Shown here: positions 34,501-41,481 of the stretch, one piece after another | How the letters are laid out: each line of letters starts with the position of its first letter | Numbering within the stretch: the first letter of the stretch is position 1 | Assembly (NCBI GenBank): GCA_016839365.1 | Contig: JAEOUH010000047.1 | Coordinates: forward strand, 18,152-82,151 | Source: Candidatus Hermodarchaeota archaeon | Lineage (GTDB): Archaea > Asgardarchaeota > Hermodarchaeia > Hermodarchaeales > Hermodarchaeaceae | Length of the DNA: 64,000 bases | Reading direction: 5' to 3' | The notes under the pieces: generated by a model | Databases searched by the model: none | The model's input: the letters and a program-made list of their open reading frames with translations, nothing else | What the model was told of the DNA's origin: nothing | Translations under genes and position numbers: made by a program

Positions 34501-34868
34501 AGCCGGCCTACATACACACTAATCGTTTCTTCATCATACTCCATCCCAGTCTTCTCATCCCGGTACACCGGAGTCATTTCTAAGTAAATGGGAGAGGAAT
34601 AGGTGAGGTTGCGAATCCGCGCTTCCGCAGGCGCGATATTACGGACCGACCCATCAGCCTCACGTACGGAGGGATTTTGAATCTCAACACGTCCAAGGCG
34701 CACATAATAGTTTGGAATATCGGGCTCTATCTTTCCAACATCACTAACAATCTGTTGAATGCGGCGCTCAACAAAGTGATTGTACGAGTCCAGGTGCTGC
34801 CTGACTAAACCCTTCGAAAGAAAGAAGGATTTCATAACTGCCCAACGGTCTTCAGTCGAAAGTGCCAT
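31506..34868 (-). CDS. rpoB: RNA polymerase subunit B (Rpo2, unsplit)
   Basis: GDKFASRHGQKG, RQPTEGRAREGGLRFGEMERD. Confidence 0.98.
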   Translation of the reverse strand: MALSTEDRWAVMKSFFLSKGLVRQHLDSYNHFVERRIQQIVSDVGKIEPDIPNYYVRLGRVEIQNPSVREADGSVRNIAPAEARIRNLTYSSPIYLEMTPVYRDEKTGMEYDEETISVYVGRLPIMLKSAFCRLSAMTPEELVEAGEDPNDPGGYFIINGSERVLVTQEDLAPNRILIEEATSSSSCTHMAKVFSTARGFRAPVTMERRADHTFRVSFPSVPGKIPLVVLMRALGLVTDREIVSAITDDPAIAQELIPSFHAAESLVAPKDPQTTRENALDYIGKRVAVGQTKDYRLRRAEQVLNRYLLPHVGTDTGSAVSKAHYVGQMTQRLLELSVNQRNQDDKDHYANKRLKLAGDLLTSLFRVAFLNLCRDIKYQLERTATRGRKPNIKTAVRADVITERLRHALATGNWVGGKAGVSQLLDRVNYMSSISHLRRVVSPLSRSQPHFEARDLHPTHWGKICPNETPEGPNCGLVKNLALMSYISVGSDEAEVEEALLSLKVQPIDAKADTAKKGAYVYLNGRFVGNHSQPELLVTRLRDRRQRNELSDQVNVAFYPDTNEVEINSDAGRVRRPLIIVKDGSPLLEKQHIERVRNREISWDDLVKAGIIEYLDAEEEENTLIAMNLEDITPEHTHLEIVPETILGICASLVPFAEHNQSPRNTYEAGMAKQALGLYSANFSLRVDTRSHILHYVQSPIVTTRPMEVIGYHRRPAGQNFIVAIHSFQGYNIEDALVLNKASIERGIARSSFFRSYDAEERKYPGGQEDKFEIPSREVRGYRASEAYRLLSEDGVIEPEFQVAGDEILIGRTSPPRFLEEYTELEVPGPKRRETSISLRHGEEGTIDKVLITETIDGNRLVKVKVRDERIPELGDKFASRHGQKGVIGLLAPQEDMPFTESGIVPDLVVNAHAFPSRMTLGQILESMGGKIGCLQGQPIDGTPFSGKKLDQMFQDLHNLGFKYSGRETMYNGVTGHKYDVDLFVGVVYYQKLHHLVADKMHARARGPVQILTRQPTEGRAREGGLRFGEMERDCLIGHGAALLLRERLLEESDKYTAMVCEECGMLAEYDRNRDRFRCRVCAPKTTTISRVEMSYAFKLVIQELISLGIWPRLKLTDRT

Positions 34869-35095
34869 AATCCACCCTCAGAGACGAATCTGCTCAACAT
34901 GTGACAGGATTCTTACCCTCACCAGACGGCACCATGCTTCCATGAGCCCATATAGCTATAGTCCGCATGAGAAACGTAGAACCCTGTGTCTATGAAGCAG
35001 AACGGGAACATTGTCTCATCAGTAATTTTGCCCGGGCAGAAACATGCGGCGCCAAACCAGCCGTCGCTCCAGCGAAACAGACCGTCTGCGAAGTT
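34869..35095 (-). promoter_or_regulatory. long, apparently structured 5' leader of the rpoB operon
   Basis: TATA-like CTTAAAAAG on minus strand near 35117-35125; nested helices 35081-35088/34923-34930 and 35043-35049/34963-34969. Confidence 0.4.
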
Positions 35096-35284
35096 ACGCG
35101 GACAATGTACAAACGCCTTTTTAAGCTTTCGATTAAACGCTTAAAATACACAGAAAAAACCTACACTATCTGCCCCATCAACCACTGAAAAGGAAAAATT
35201 GCGCCCGTTTCATGGTTAGGGGTTTATATTTGAACAGCAGGACAGAATTTCTTCATAATTTGAGTTTTGCGAGAGGTTTGAGCA

Positions 35285-35824
35285 GTGCCAACGAAGATTG
35301 TAATTGAATCGGAGAAAGAATGGTTCGGTTCGAGAGCCGCAGGTGTAATGCTTGACGAGAAGAACCGAGTCCTGCTATGTCAACTGAAAGGTGATGACCT
35401 CTGGGTTCTTCCCGGCGGAGGAATAGGCCTGCATGAAACCCTACACGAAACCATCGAGAGAGAACTCACCGAAGAAGCGAACTTCGAAATCACGGTCCAA
35501 CGACTACTTTGGGTAATCGAGAATTTTTTCATCTTTCATGCCAAGAAACACCACATCCTTGAATTCTACTTCCTCGTAACACCCAAAGAACCAACCGGAA
35601 TCTGGGAACAAGACGAATTCAAAGGACAAGAAGAGTTCCTTCCTACAGACAACTTCTGGCACCTCCCCACAGGAAAAACCCCATTACACTTCAAATGGTT
35701 CGACATCCCAAACCTTAACGAGATCAATTTCAAACCCGCCATCCTCATCGAACTCCTCAAAGACCTCCCACAACACCCCATGCACCTAGTATGGGACACC
35801 TACGGAAGAAACACAGAAATCTAA
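35285..35824 (+). CDS. NUDIX hydrolase
   Basis: Nudix box LPGGGIGLHETLHETIERELTEEA. Confidence 0.88.
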   Translation: MPTKIVIESEKEWFGSRAAGVMLDEKNRVLLCQLKGDDLWVLPGGGIGLHETLHETIERELTEEANFEITVQRLLWVIENFFIFHAKKHHILEFYFLVTPKEPTGIWEQDEFKGQEEFLPTDNFWHLPTGKTPLHFKWFDIPNLNEINFKPAILIELLKDLPQHPMHLVWDTYGRNTEI

Positions 35825-35868
35825 CTCCCCTTTTCCCACCAAAGAGAAACCAACGAGAAGAGAAGAAG

Positions 35869-35977
35869 TGGCGCCCGTTCCGGGATTCGAACCCGAGTCC
35901 TAGGAGATCCGCAGACCCATGAATCATCATTGATCGTTGACAGTCCCAGATGATAGACCTGGCTACACTAAACGGGC
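35869..35977 (-). tRNA. tRNA-Asp(GUC) with 31-nt canonical intron 35907-35937
   Basis: GCCCGTT/AACGGGC acceptor, TGGGA-CT-GTC-A...C-TCCTA anticodon arm, CCA; BHB helix CTGT/GCGG. Confidence 0.92.
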
Positions 35978-36048
35978 GCGGTGTTGTGTGGATTATTTGG
36001 GGAAATTTAAAGGTTACTCTGGTCGGAGTGGCTGGTTTGGGTGAGGGT

Positions 36049-36181
36049 TGGTCCCGGCGCCCGGATTTGAACCAGGAACCATCTGGTGTCTGCGTTGGTT
36101 GACACCCAGTCATTGCCATGATGGCTCGGGGTGCGGTGTATACCTACAGCCAGACGCTCTACCAGGTTGAGCTACGCCGGG
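36049..36181 (-). tRNA. tRNA-Tyr(GUA) with 56-nt canonical intron 36088-36143
   Basis: C1-G72 acceptor CCCGGCG/CGCCGGG, TCTGG-CT-GTA-G...A-CCAGA, CCA; BHB helix CTGT/GCAG. Confidence 0.93.
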
Positions 36182-36222
36182 ATTGCGAAAAATAGGTTCG
36201 CGTGAGTCGCTTATAAGAGTTT

Positions 36223-36714
36223 TCAAAGGGTTTTGGTGAAAAGTTGGGTGAGAGTAGTGATGATTTCGTTGGCAGCGTCTTGGACGGGTTTAGAGAGGGG
36301 TTGAGTGAATTCGTCGGTGAGGGGTTGGATGCCGAGGATGAGGATAGTGGTAGCGATGTTGTTTTCGAGGTATTCGAGAAAGAAGGTGAGGGGGAGTTGG
36401 TGGGAGGAGAAGGCGATACCACCAATAGAGTCTTTATCAATGAGTTTAATGGTGCCAGCTTCAGCTTGCATGAGGGCAGCATCGATGAGGAGGATGAGAT
36501 GGGGGTGGGAGTCGATGATATGACTGAGGAAGTTTTCAGGAACCGTGCTGGCATTGATGAGTTCCACATGGGGTGGATTGCGACCTTGGAGCTGGTCAAT
36601 GATGTAGGGACCGATGCCATCGTCAGCTTTGAGGTCGTTTCCGATGCCGAGGATGGCGATTTTAGGTGCGTTGGTGAAGGCTTCTGTAAGACGGTGTTGC
36701 CAGGATATCATCAA
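36223..36714 (-). CDS. hycI: hydrogenase maturation endopeptidase (HycI family)
   Basis: ILGIGNDLKADDGIG, VPEN, LIDAA, SSHQLPL, LGIQP. Confidence 0.88.
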   Translation of the reverse strand: MMISWQHRLTEAFTNAPKIAILGIGNDLKADDGIGPYIIDQLQGRNPPHVELINASTVPENFLSHIIDSHPHLILLIDAALMQAEAGTIKLIDKDSIGGIAFSSHQLPLTFFLEYLENNIATTILILGIQPLTDEFTQPLSKPVQDAANEIITTLTQLFTKTL

Positions 36715-36780
36715 GTCAGGAAAACGGGAAGAATGTTATATAGCTTCGCCTCTTGTCGCTTCAAATAGTGGTGCATAGGC

Positions 36781-37371
36781 ATGGTAGAGGAAAACGAACA
36801 GCATTCTTCAGAAGAGGAGCGCCTTCCGCTTCCTGATGAGCCTATTCCAGCGAGATTAACTCGGGGAAAAGTAGTGGTTGAAGGTGAGTATGCGTCTGTG
36901 CTCTATGAGGCGGGGTATTATGGTACGATCAAGGGTGAGCAGAAATTAGAACTTGAGCCCGAAGAAGCGCTCTTATTGGCTCGGCGACAGCGTATAGCGG
37001 TGAGTCTGCCACAAAAGGAGGTGCTGGAATTTTCTTCGCTGCTGATGCGCTTATCAGAGGGGCAGCCGGGACTTTGGACTCGTTTTCTTGTATACAGTGA
37101 TCTTCGAAGCCGAGGGTATGTAGTGCGGACGGGGTATGGGAAAGGATTGTTGTTCCGCGTATATCCAAGAGGAGCTAAGATCAATGAGGCAACTGCTCAG
37201 TATTTTGTTTGCGCGATTTCCGAGGGCTCTCCCTTGAAGGTGGAAGAGCTGGATGCGTTTAGCAAACAGGCGAAACGTAACCGGAAGAAGTTGATGCTTG
37301 CTGTGTTAGACCGGCAGGGGGAGACGACGTACTACCTTGTGTCTCCTGCTGATATTGTTGCGGAAAAATAG
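36781..37371 (+). CDS. endA: tRNA-splicing endonuclease subunit, probably the structural (non-catalytic) subunit
   Basis: YYG, EEALLL, FLVYSDLRSRGYVVRTG, RKKLMLAVLD...TYY; catalytic His position reads ATA. Confidence 0.85.
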   Translation: MVEENEQHSSEEERLPLPDEPIPARLTRGKVVVEGEYASVLYEAGYYGTIKGEQKLELEPEEALLLARRQRIAVSLPQKEVLEFSSLLMRLSEGQPGLWTRFLVYSDLRSRGYVVRTGYGKGLLFRVYPRGAKINEATAQYFVCAISEGSPLKVEELDAFSKQAKRNRKKLMLAVLDRQGETTYYLVSPADIVAEK

Positions 37372-37387
37372 AGTAACTGTAGAAGAA

Positions 37388-37510
37388 TGGCGGGCCCGCC
37401 GGGAATTTCGACGTCAACGTTATCGATCGTATTCGAACCCGGGGTTACCAACTTAGGAGGCTGGCGCCTTCTCCGGGGAAGAAGAGCCTATCCGGCTTGG
37501 CCACGGGCCC
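37388..37510 (-). tRNA. tRNA-Arg(CCU) with two non-canonical introns: 20a/21 (37471-37489, 19 nt) and 59/60 (37405-37431, 27 nt)
   Basis: Removing both BHB introns (helices CCGG/CCGG and TTCG/CGAA) gives a 77-nt cloverleaf with CCA. Confidence 0.9.
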
Positions 37511-37558
37511 AGGGAATACTAGTGTGCAAGGAAGTTGATGCTTTATGCATGTTTCGTT

Positions 37559-38248
37559 TTATCTCGTGAGTAACTTCGCACCTTTATCTTGACCGACATA
37601 GACAATATCGGCTTGAGTGGGAAAAAGGCCGTTTTCGATAACTCCAGGAATGGCATTCAGTTGGGAATCTAGTTGTTTTGGATCAGTGATTTGCGGAAAT
37701 GAGACGTCGATAATGAAGTTGCCGTTATCTGTGATTACTGGTCCAGCCTTTCGTTGGGCTTGCCGGAGCATCGGCGAGCCACCAAGACGTTGAATGCGAT
37801 CTATAGAGAGAGCCAAAGCAGCGGGAAGCACTTCAACTGGAATGGGGACCGTCGTTCCTAGGATATCCACGAGTTTTGAACTATCAACAATGATGATTAG
37901 TTGTTGCGCGGCCTCAGCCAAGATTTTTTCGCGGAGAAGGGCGGCGCCACCACCTTTGATCAGTGCAAGATTTGGATCCACCTCATCCGCTCCATCCACA
38001 GCACAAGCTAAACTGGTGACAGCACCCAATGGGACTGTGGTAATTCCTACATCATGTAATCGTAACTCAGTTGCATAGGAACTTGGCACAGCAGTGATGG
38101 TAATGTTTTCAGAGGCAATTTTTTCCACTAATAGGTCAATGAATATCTCAACCGTTGACCCTGTACCCACCCCCAAGCACATCCCATCAGAAACATGTGT
38201 TACCGCCGCTTCAGCAGCAAATCGTTTTTCTTCATCAACCGTCAACAT
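37559..38248 (-). CDS. rpiA: ribose-5-phosphate isomerase A
   Basis: GVGTGST, DGADEVD, KGGGAALLREK, TDNGN. Confidence 0.96.
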   Translation of the reverse strand: MLTVDEEKRFAAEAAVTHVSDGMCLGVGTGSTVEIFIDLLVEKIASENITITAVPSSYATELRLHDVGITTVPLGAVTSLACAVDGADEVDPNLALIKGGGAALLREKILAEAAQQLIIIVDSSKLVDILGTTVPIPVEVLPAALALSIDRIQRLGGSPMLRQAQRKAGPVITDNGNFIIDVSFPQITDPKQLDSQLNAIPGVIENGLFPTQADIVYVGQDKGAKLLTR

Positions 38249-38350
38249 CAGCCACCTGTACGCTCAACTGGCACATAGCACTTCAACCATTTGACCCTTA
38301 AAAATTCATCATCTCCCAACGAAATCCAGTTCGCACACCCAGGAAAAGAG

Positions 38351-38427
38351 TGGAGCCTCGGGCGGGATTTGAACCCGCGACCCTCGCCTTACCAAGGCGA
38401 TGCGCTACCACGCTATGCCACCGAGGC
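38351..38427 (-). tRNA. tRNA-Thr(GGU), intronless
   Basis: GCCTCGG/CCGAGGC, TCGCC-TT-GGT-AA-GGCGA, CCA. Confidence 0.95.
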
Positions 38428-38440
38428 TCAACAGGCTAAA

Positions 38441-38623
38441 TGGTGCCGAGGGCGGGCGTTTCGTGAAGCCCTACAGGCTTCAGTTCGATCCCGCGACCTC
38501 CAGATTTCTCCGGTGCGCCAGCAATCATCATATTTTGACCCTGGGGCAAAGCCCTATGAGTATCGCCCTGACATTTCAAGAATGTTCCAAGTCTGGCGCT
38601 CAACCAGGCTAAGCTACCTCGGC
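38441..38623 (-). tRNA. tRNA-Met(CAU), elongator-type, with three introns: 30/31 (38562-38592), 37/38 (38506-38554), 59/60 (38458-38483)
   Basis: 183-nt gene minus 31+49+26 nt gives a 77-nt cloverleaf GCCGAGG...CCAGA-CT-CAT-AA-TCTGG...CCTCGGC-A-CCA; each intron has BHB geometry. Confidence 0.87.
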
Positions 38624-38793
38624 AGCACTAACCCACCGACCGTACCTTTTAAGCATTATTCTCAGGGCTTCCCCGATTCACAATTTTTCACACCTATTCA
38701 CTAACACGAAGCAATTTTAAGCACCAAAACAACTTTGACACGCCACCAACTGTGCGGGGCGTGTCCAAGGGTCACCGCCACAAAGACTAAGCC

Positions 38794-38904
38794 GCGGGGG
38801 TATCTCCCCCGATAGAGACCCCACAGCCAAGCTTGGTCAAAGGCGCAGGACTTAAGATCCTGTCTCGTAGGAGTTCCCGGGTTCGAAGCCCGGCCCCCGC
38901 ACCA
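38794..38904 (+). tRNA. tRNA-Leu(UAA) with 23-nt BHB intron at position 8/9 (38802-38824)
   Basis: GCGGGGG/CCCCCGC acceptor, CAGGA-CT-TAA-GA-TCCTG, long variable arm, CCA; BHB GGGG/CCCC with bulges GT|A and AC|A. Confidence 0.88.
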
Positions 38905-39005
38905 ATTTTCAAAAGATTTTTGTGCAATCTTGGAAGGTAGCGATTCGGAAAGCCACAAGCATCTTCCGAATCATTAATCAACAGTACTTGCACTAAATCA
39001 AATGA

Positions 39006-39080
39006 GCCTCCGTAGCATAGTGGTGGTGCTTTGGCCTTGTAAGCCAATGGTCCCGGGTTCAAATCCCGGCGGAGGCTCCA
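39006..39080 (+). tRNA. tRNA-Thr(UGU), intronless
   Basis: GCCTCCG/CGGAGGC, TTGGC-CT-TGT-AA-GCCAA, CCA. Confidence 0.95.
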
Positions 39081-39334
39081 TTTCAAATAATGAGTTTTTA
39101 GATAATTTTGTAAAAAGCACCTTTAGAATGAAGTGTATCGAAATACATGGAATTTCATAGGGTTTAGACCAATGCGGTTGTTTATCGAATAGAGCCACAA
39201 TGATTTACTCAGGTTGAAGATAATGAAACTGGGTTTTATTATCTGCAGAGCCCTTGGTATAATTAAAATTAGATTACAGCAAGAAGTTTCTAGATAAGAT
39301 TTATCAAGAACCCGTCTTTTCCTATACGCGCATC

Positions 39335-39470
39335 GGGCCGGTAGTCTAGTTATCCGGTTACAACTTGTGCTGGACTAGAGCGGTATGATGCGAGAAGGAA
39401 AACGGGTTCTGTTTTTCTCGCAAAGTTTGGGACCTCGTGGTCCCGAGTTCAAATCTCGGCCGGCCCACCA
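39335..39470 (+). tRNA. tRNA-Pro(UGG) with two non-canonical introns: 17/17a (39352-39380) and 30/31 (39395-39424)
   Basis: Removal at BHB sites (CTAG/CTAG; TGCG/CGCA) gives a 77-nt cloverleaf with CGAGG-TT-TGG-GA-CCTCG and CCA. Confidence 0.88.
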
Positions 39471-39524
39471 CTTTTCTGTGTCAATGATTTCACAACACTT
39501 TTATAGCGGGGGTGAATCCTGCTG

Positions 39525-39646
39525 GGTGGCGCGGTCATAGAAGCTGGGTCACACCCGGTCTCGTCAGATCCCGGAAGTTAAGCCGGTTTCGTCGCCCTGA
39601 GTACTGATATCCGAGAGGTGTCGGGAAAAGTGTGAACTGCGCCACT
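39525..39646 (+). rRNA. rrf: 5S rRNA (unlinked, own promoter)
   Basis: Terminal helix GGTGGCGCGG/CTGCGCCACT, GGTCATAG, CCCGGAAGTTAAGC, AGTACTG and GGGAAA motifs; TTTTATAG TATA upstream, T-rich tail. Confidence 0.92.
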
Positions 39647-39749
39647 TCTTTTCCTTTCAGTCCGTTAGGAGTGGAGGGTTGACTCTAAGCAAAGGTTTTT
39701 ATTTTGCCTTGAATCCGTTCCGGCAATAGCCTGAACTCTGTGACAAGTT

Positions 39750-40850
39750 ATGTTGCAATTTGCTGATTTCAATTGGATTTTCCAGATCATCTTTCTGGTC
39801 TTTTTCATGTTCATCTACCTTTATGGAACCAGGTTGCAAGGCTACATTTGGCAACGACAGGCAGAAGCGGGTCTTAAACAACTTGAAGTCTTAGCGACTC
39901 AGGGCAAGAATATCGCGGCGAAAGCCTTCAAGGATTTGAACGTCGATGAAAAGGAGCTCAAATCAACTATTGATGATTTCATGGAGTTTTTCATCATTGA
40001 GCCCGTCAATATTGACCCAGCGGGCGTATTGCAACGCTTGGAGCATGTTCTTGACGTGCGAACAACACGATATGAAGAGCACGTAGCTCGAGTTATTCCA
40101 AAAGCTACACCAGAACAACAAGCTAACGCTGAGGCGGTGCTCTCAGGAGCCATGGCCCTACACTACGTATATCGGGTTGTCCGTCATTTCTTTCTGTTGG
40201 GTAAAAAGACCAAGAGCATCTACTATACCATGCAGCTTCAGATGCAACTACCTATGATTATCCAGATGGCTAAGGCCTACTTTGAAGCGACTCGAGCCTT
40301 TGCCGATGGCAAACCCATTGGTGATGGTATGGGTCCTCTTGCGGTTGCCCATTTTGCAAAAGAAATCAAGGCAGGAGATCCCGAAGAAATTGCTCAGCAC
40401 ACGATTGCGTTTTCTGGCGAATTTGAAGGACGAACTCTATGGTTTGTCCGTGCTAAGGGATACGGAAGCCAGGTTGGTAAACCCGGTGAGGGCATAAAGA
40501 AAGTTGTTGAACGCAACAAAGGTAAAATTGCCCGTATCATCACTGTTGATGCTGGACTAAAACTTGAAGGGGAAGACACCGGACAAGTTATTGAAGGCGT
40601 TGGTGCCGCAATTGGCGACCCGGGACCTGAGAAATTCAAGATGGAGGATTCTGGAGTCAGGTTCGAAATCCCCATCGATGCGATTGTCATCAAAGAGTCA
40701 TTAGAAGATGCGCTTGCACCGATGAAGAAATCTCTTGTTGACGCTGTTCCTAAAGTTGTTGAACGGATGAAAAACGCGGTTCGTTTGCGAACAACGAAGG
40801 GTGATACCATCATCATCGCAGGCATTGGCAACACCATCGGCATTGGATAG
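39750..40850 (+). CDS. DUF1512-family protein
   Basis: N-terminal TM, PVNIDPAG, PIGDGMGP, ITVDAGLKLEGE, GIGNTIGIG. Confidence 0.8.
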   Translation: MLQFADFNWIFQIIFLVFFMFIYLYGTRLQGYIWQRQAEAGLKQLEVLATQGKNIAAKAFKDLNVDEKELKSTIDDFMEFFIIEPVNIDPAGVLQRLEHVLDVRTTRYEEHVARVIPKATPEQQANAEAVLSGAMALHYVYRVVRHFFLLGKKTKSIYYTMQLQMQLPMIIQMAKAYFEATRAFADGKPIGDGMGPLAVAHFAKEIKAGDPEEIAQHTIAFSGEFEGRTLWFVRAKGYGSQVGKPGEGIKKVVERNKGKIARIITVDAGLKLEGEDTGQVIEGVGAAIGDPGPEKFKMEDSGVRFEIPIDAIVIKESLEDALAPMKKSLVDAVPKVVERMKNAVRLRTTKGDTIIIAGIGNTIGIG

Positions 40851-40879
40851 AATTACTCTCTGCAATCGAATTTTGGCTT

Positions 40880-41425
40880 GTGGTAAAGCTTTTTCAACAG
40901 AATACAAAAGCAAGACATGAGGATTGCGTCTTGTCTGAAGTGCCATATGAATGGGCCGCCATCGGTGGAACCTTCGATCGTCTACATAAGGGACACAAGA
41001 CGCTGCTTCGTCGGGCCTTCGAGTTGGGCAAGAAGGTGCTTATTGGTTTAACCACTCAGGATATGGTCAAGCATAAGCCCGATTGGGAAATAATCGCCAG
41101 TTATGACGAGCGCAAAGACGAATTAGAAAAATGGTTAGAAACCGAAGGTTATGGTGGACGTTATATTATTCGACCGCTTCACAATAAATATGGGCCTGCA
41201 ATCACGATGCTTGAGCTCGAATTGATTGTAGTCAGTGAAGAAACTTGTCCAGTTGCAAAAGAAATCAATGAAATACGTCACGATTCCCAGCTGCCCCTTC
41301 TACATATCGCCGTTCTTACCATGGTTAAAGCGGAAGACCAAATCTCAATTTCGTCCACACGTATCCGAGCTGGGCAGATTGATCGAGATGGGCGAATCAT
41401 CTACCATGGTGTTCCAAGTCAATAG
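40880..41425 (+). CDS. coaD: phosphopantetheine adenylyltransferase (archaeal type); true start may be slightly downstream
   Basis: GGTFDRLHKGH, IVVSEET, ISSTRIRAGQID. Confidence 0.9.
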   Translation: MVKLFQQNTKARHEDCVLSEVPYEWAAIGGTFDRLHKGHKTLLRRAFELGKKVLIGLTTQDMVKHKPDWEIIASYDERKDELEKWLETEGYGGRYIIRPLHNKYGPAITMLELELIVVSEETCPVAKEINEIRHDSQLPLLHIAVLTMVKAEDQISISSTRIRAGQIDRDGRIIYHGVPSQ

Positions 41426-41481
41426 TGGAAGCTTTTTTGAGTAACCGTTTACGTTTGTTTGTAAGCAATGAAAGGATAATA

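Noticed and set aside
36244-36768. Acidic 174-aa plus-strand ORF and Ser/Pro-rich 153-aa minus-strand ORF
   Set aside because: Shadow frames of hycI produced by the strong local strand bias.
35907-38554. AUGAUGA (box C-like) motifs in the tRNA-Asp and tRNA-Met 37/38 introns as intron-encoded C/D guides
   Set aside because: No properly placed CUGA box D within the same intron, and the introns are too short; the motif can be explained by local pairing.
37387-39198. Short ORFs overlapping the tRNA genes (also the 5' extension at 51496 and ORFs over the SRP RNA)
   Set aside because: They coincide with well-formed RNA genes and show no protein motifs.
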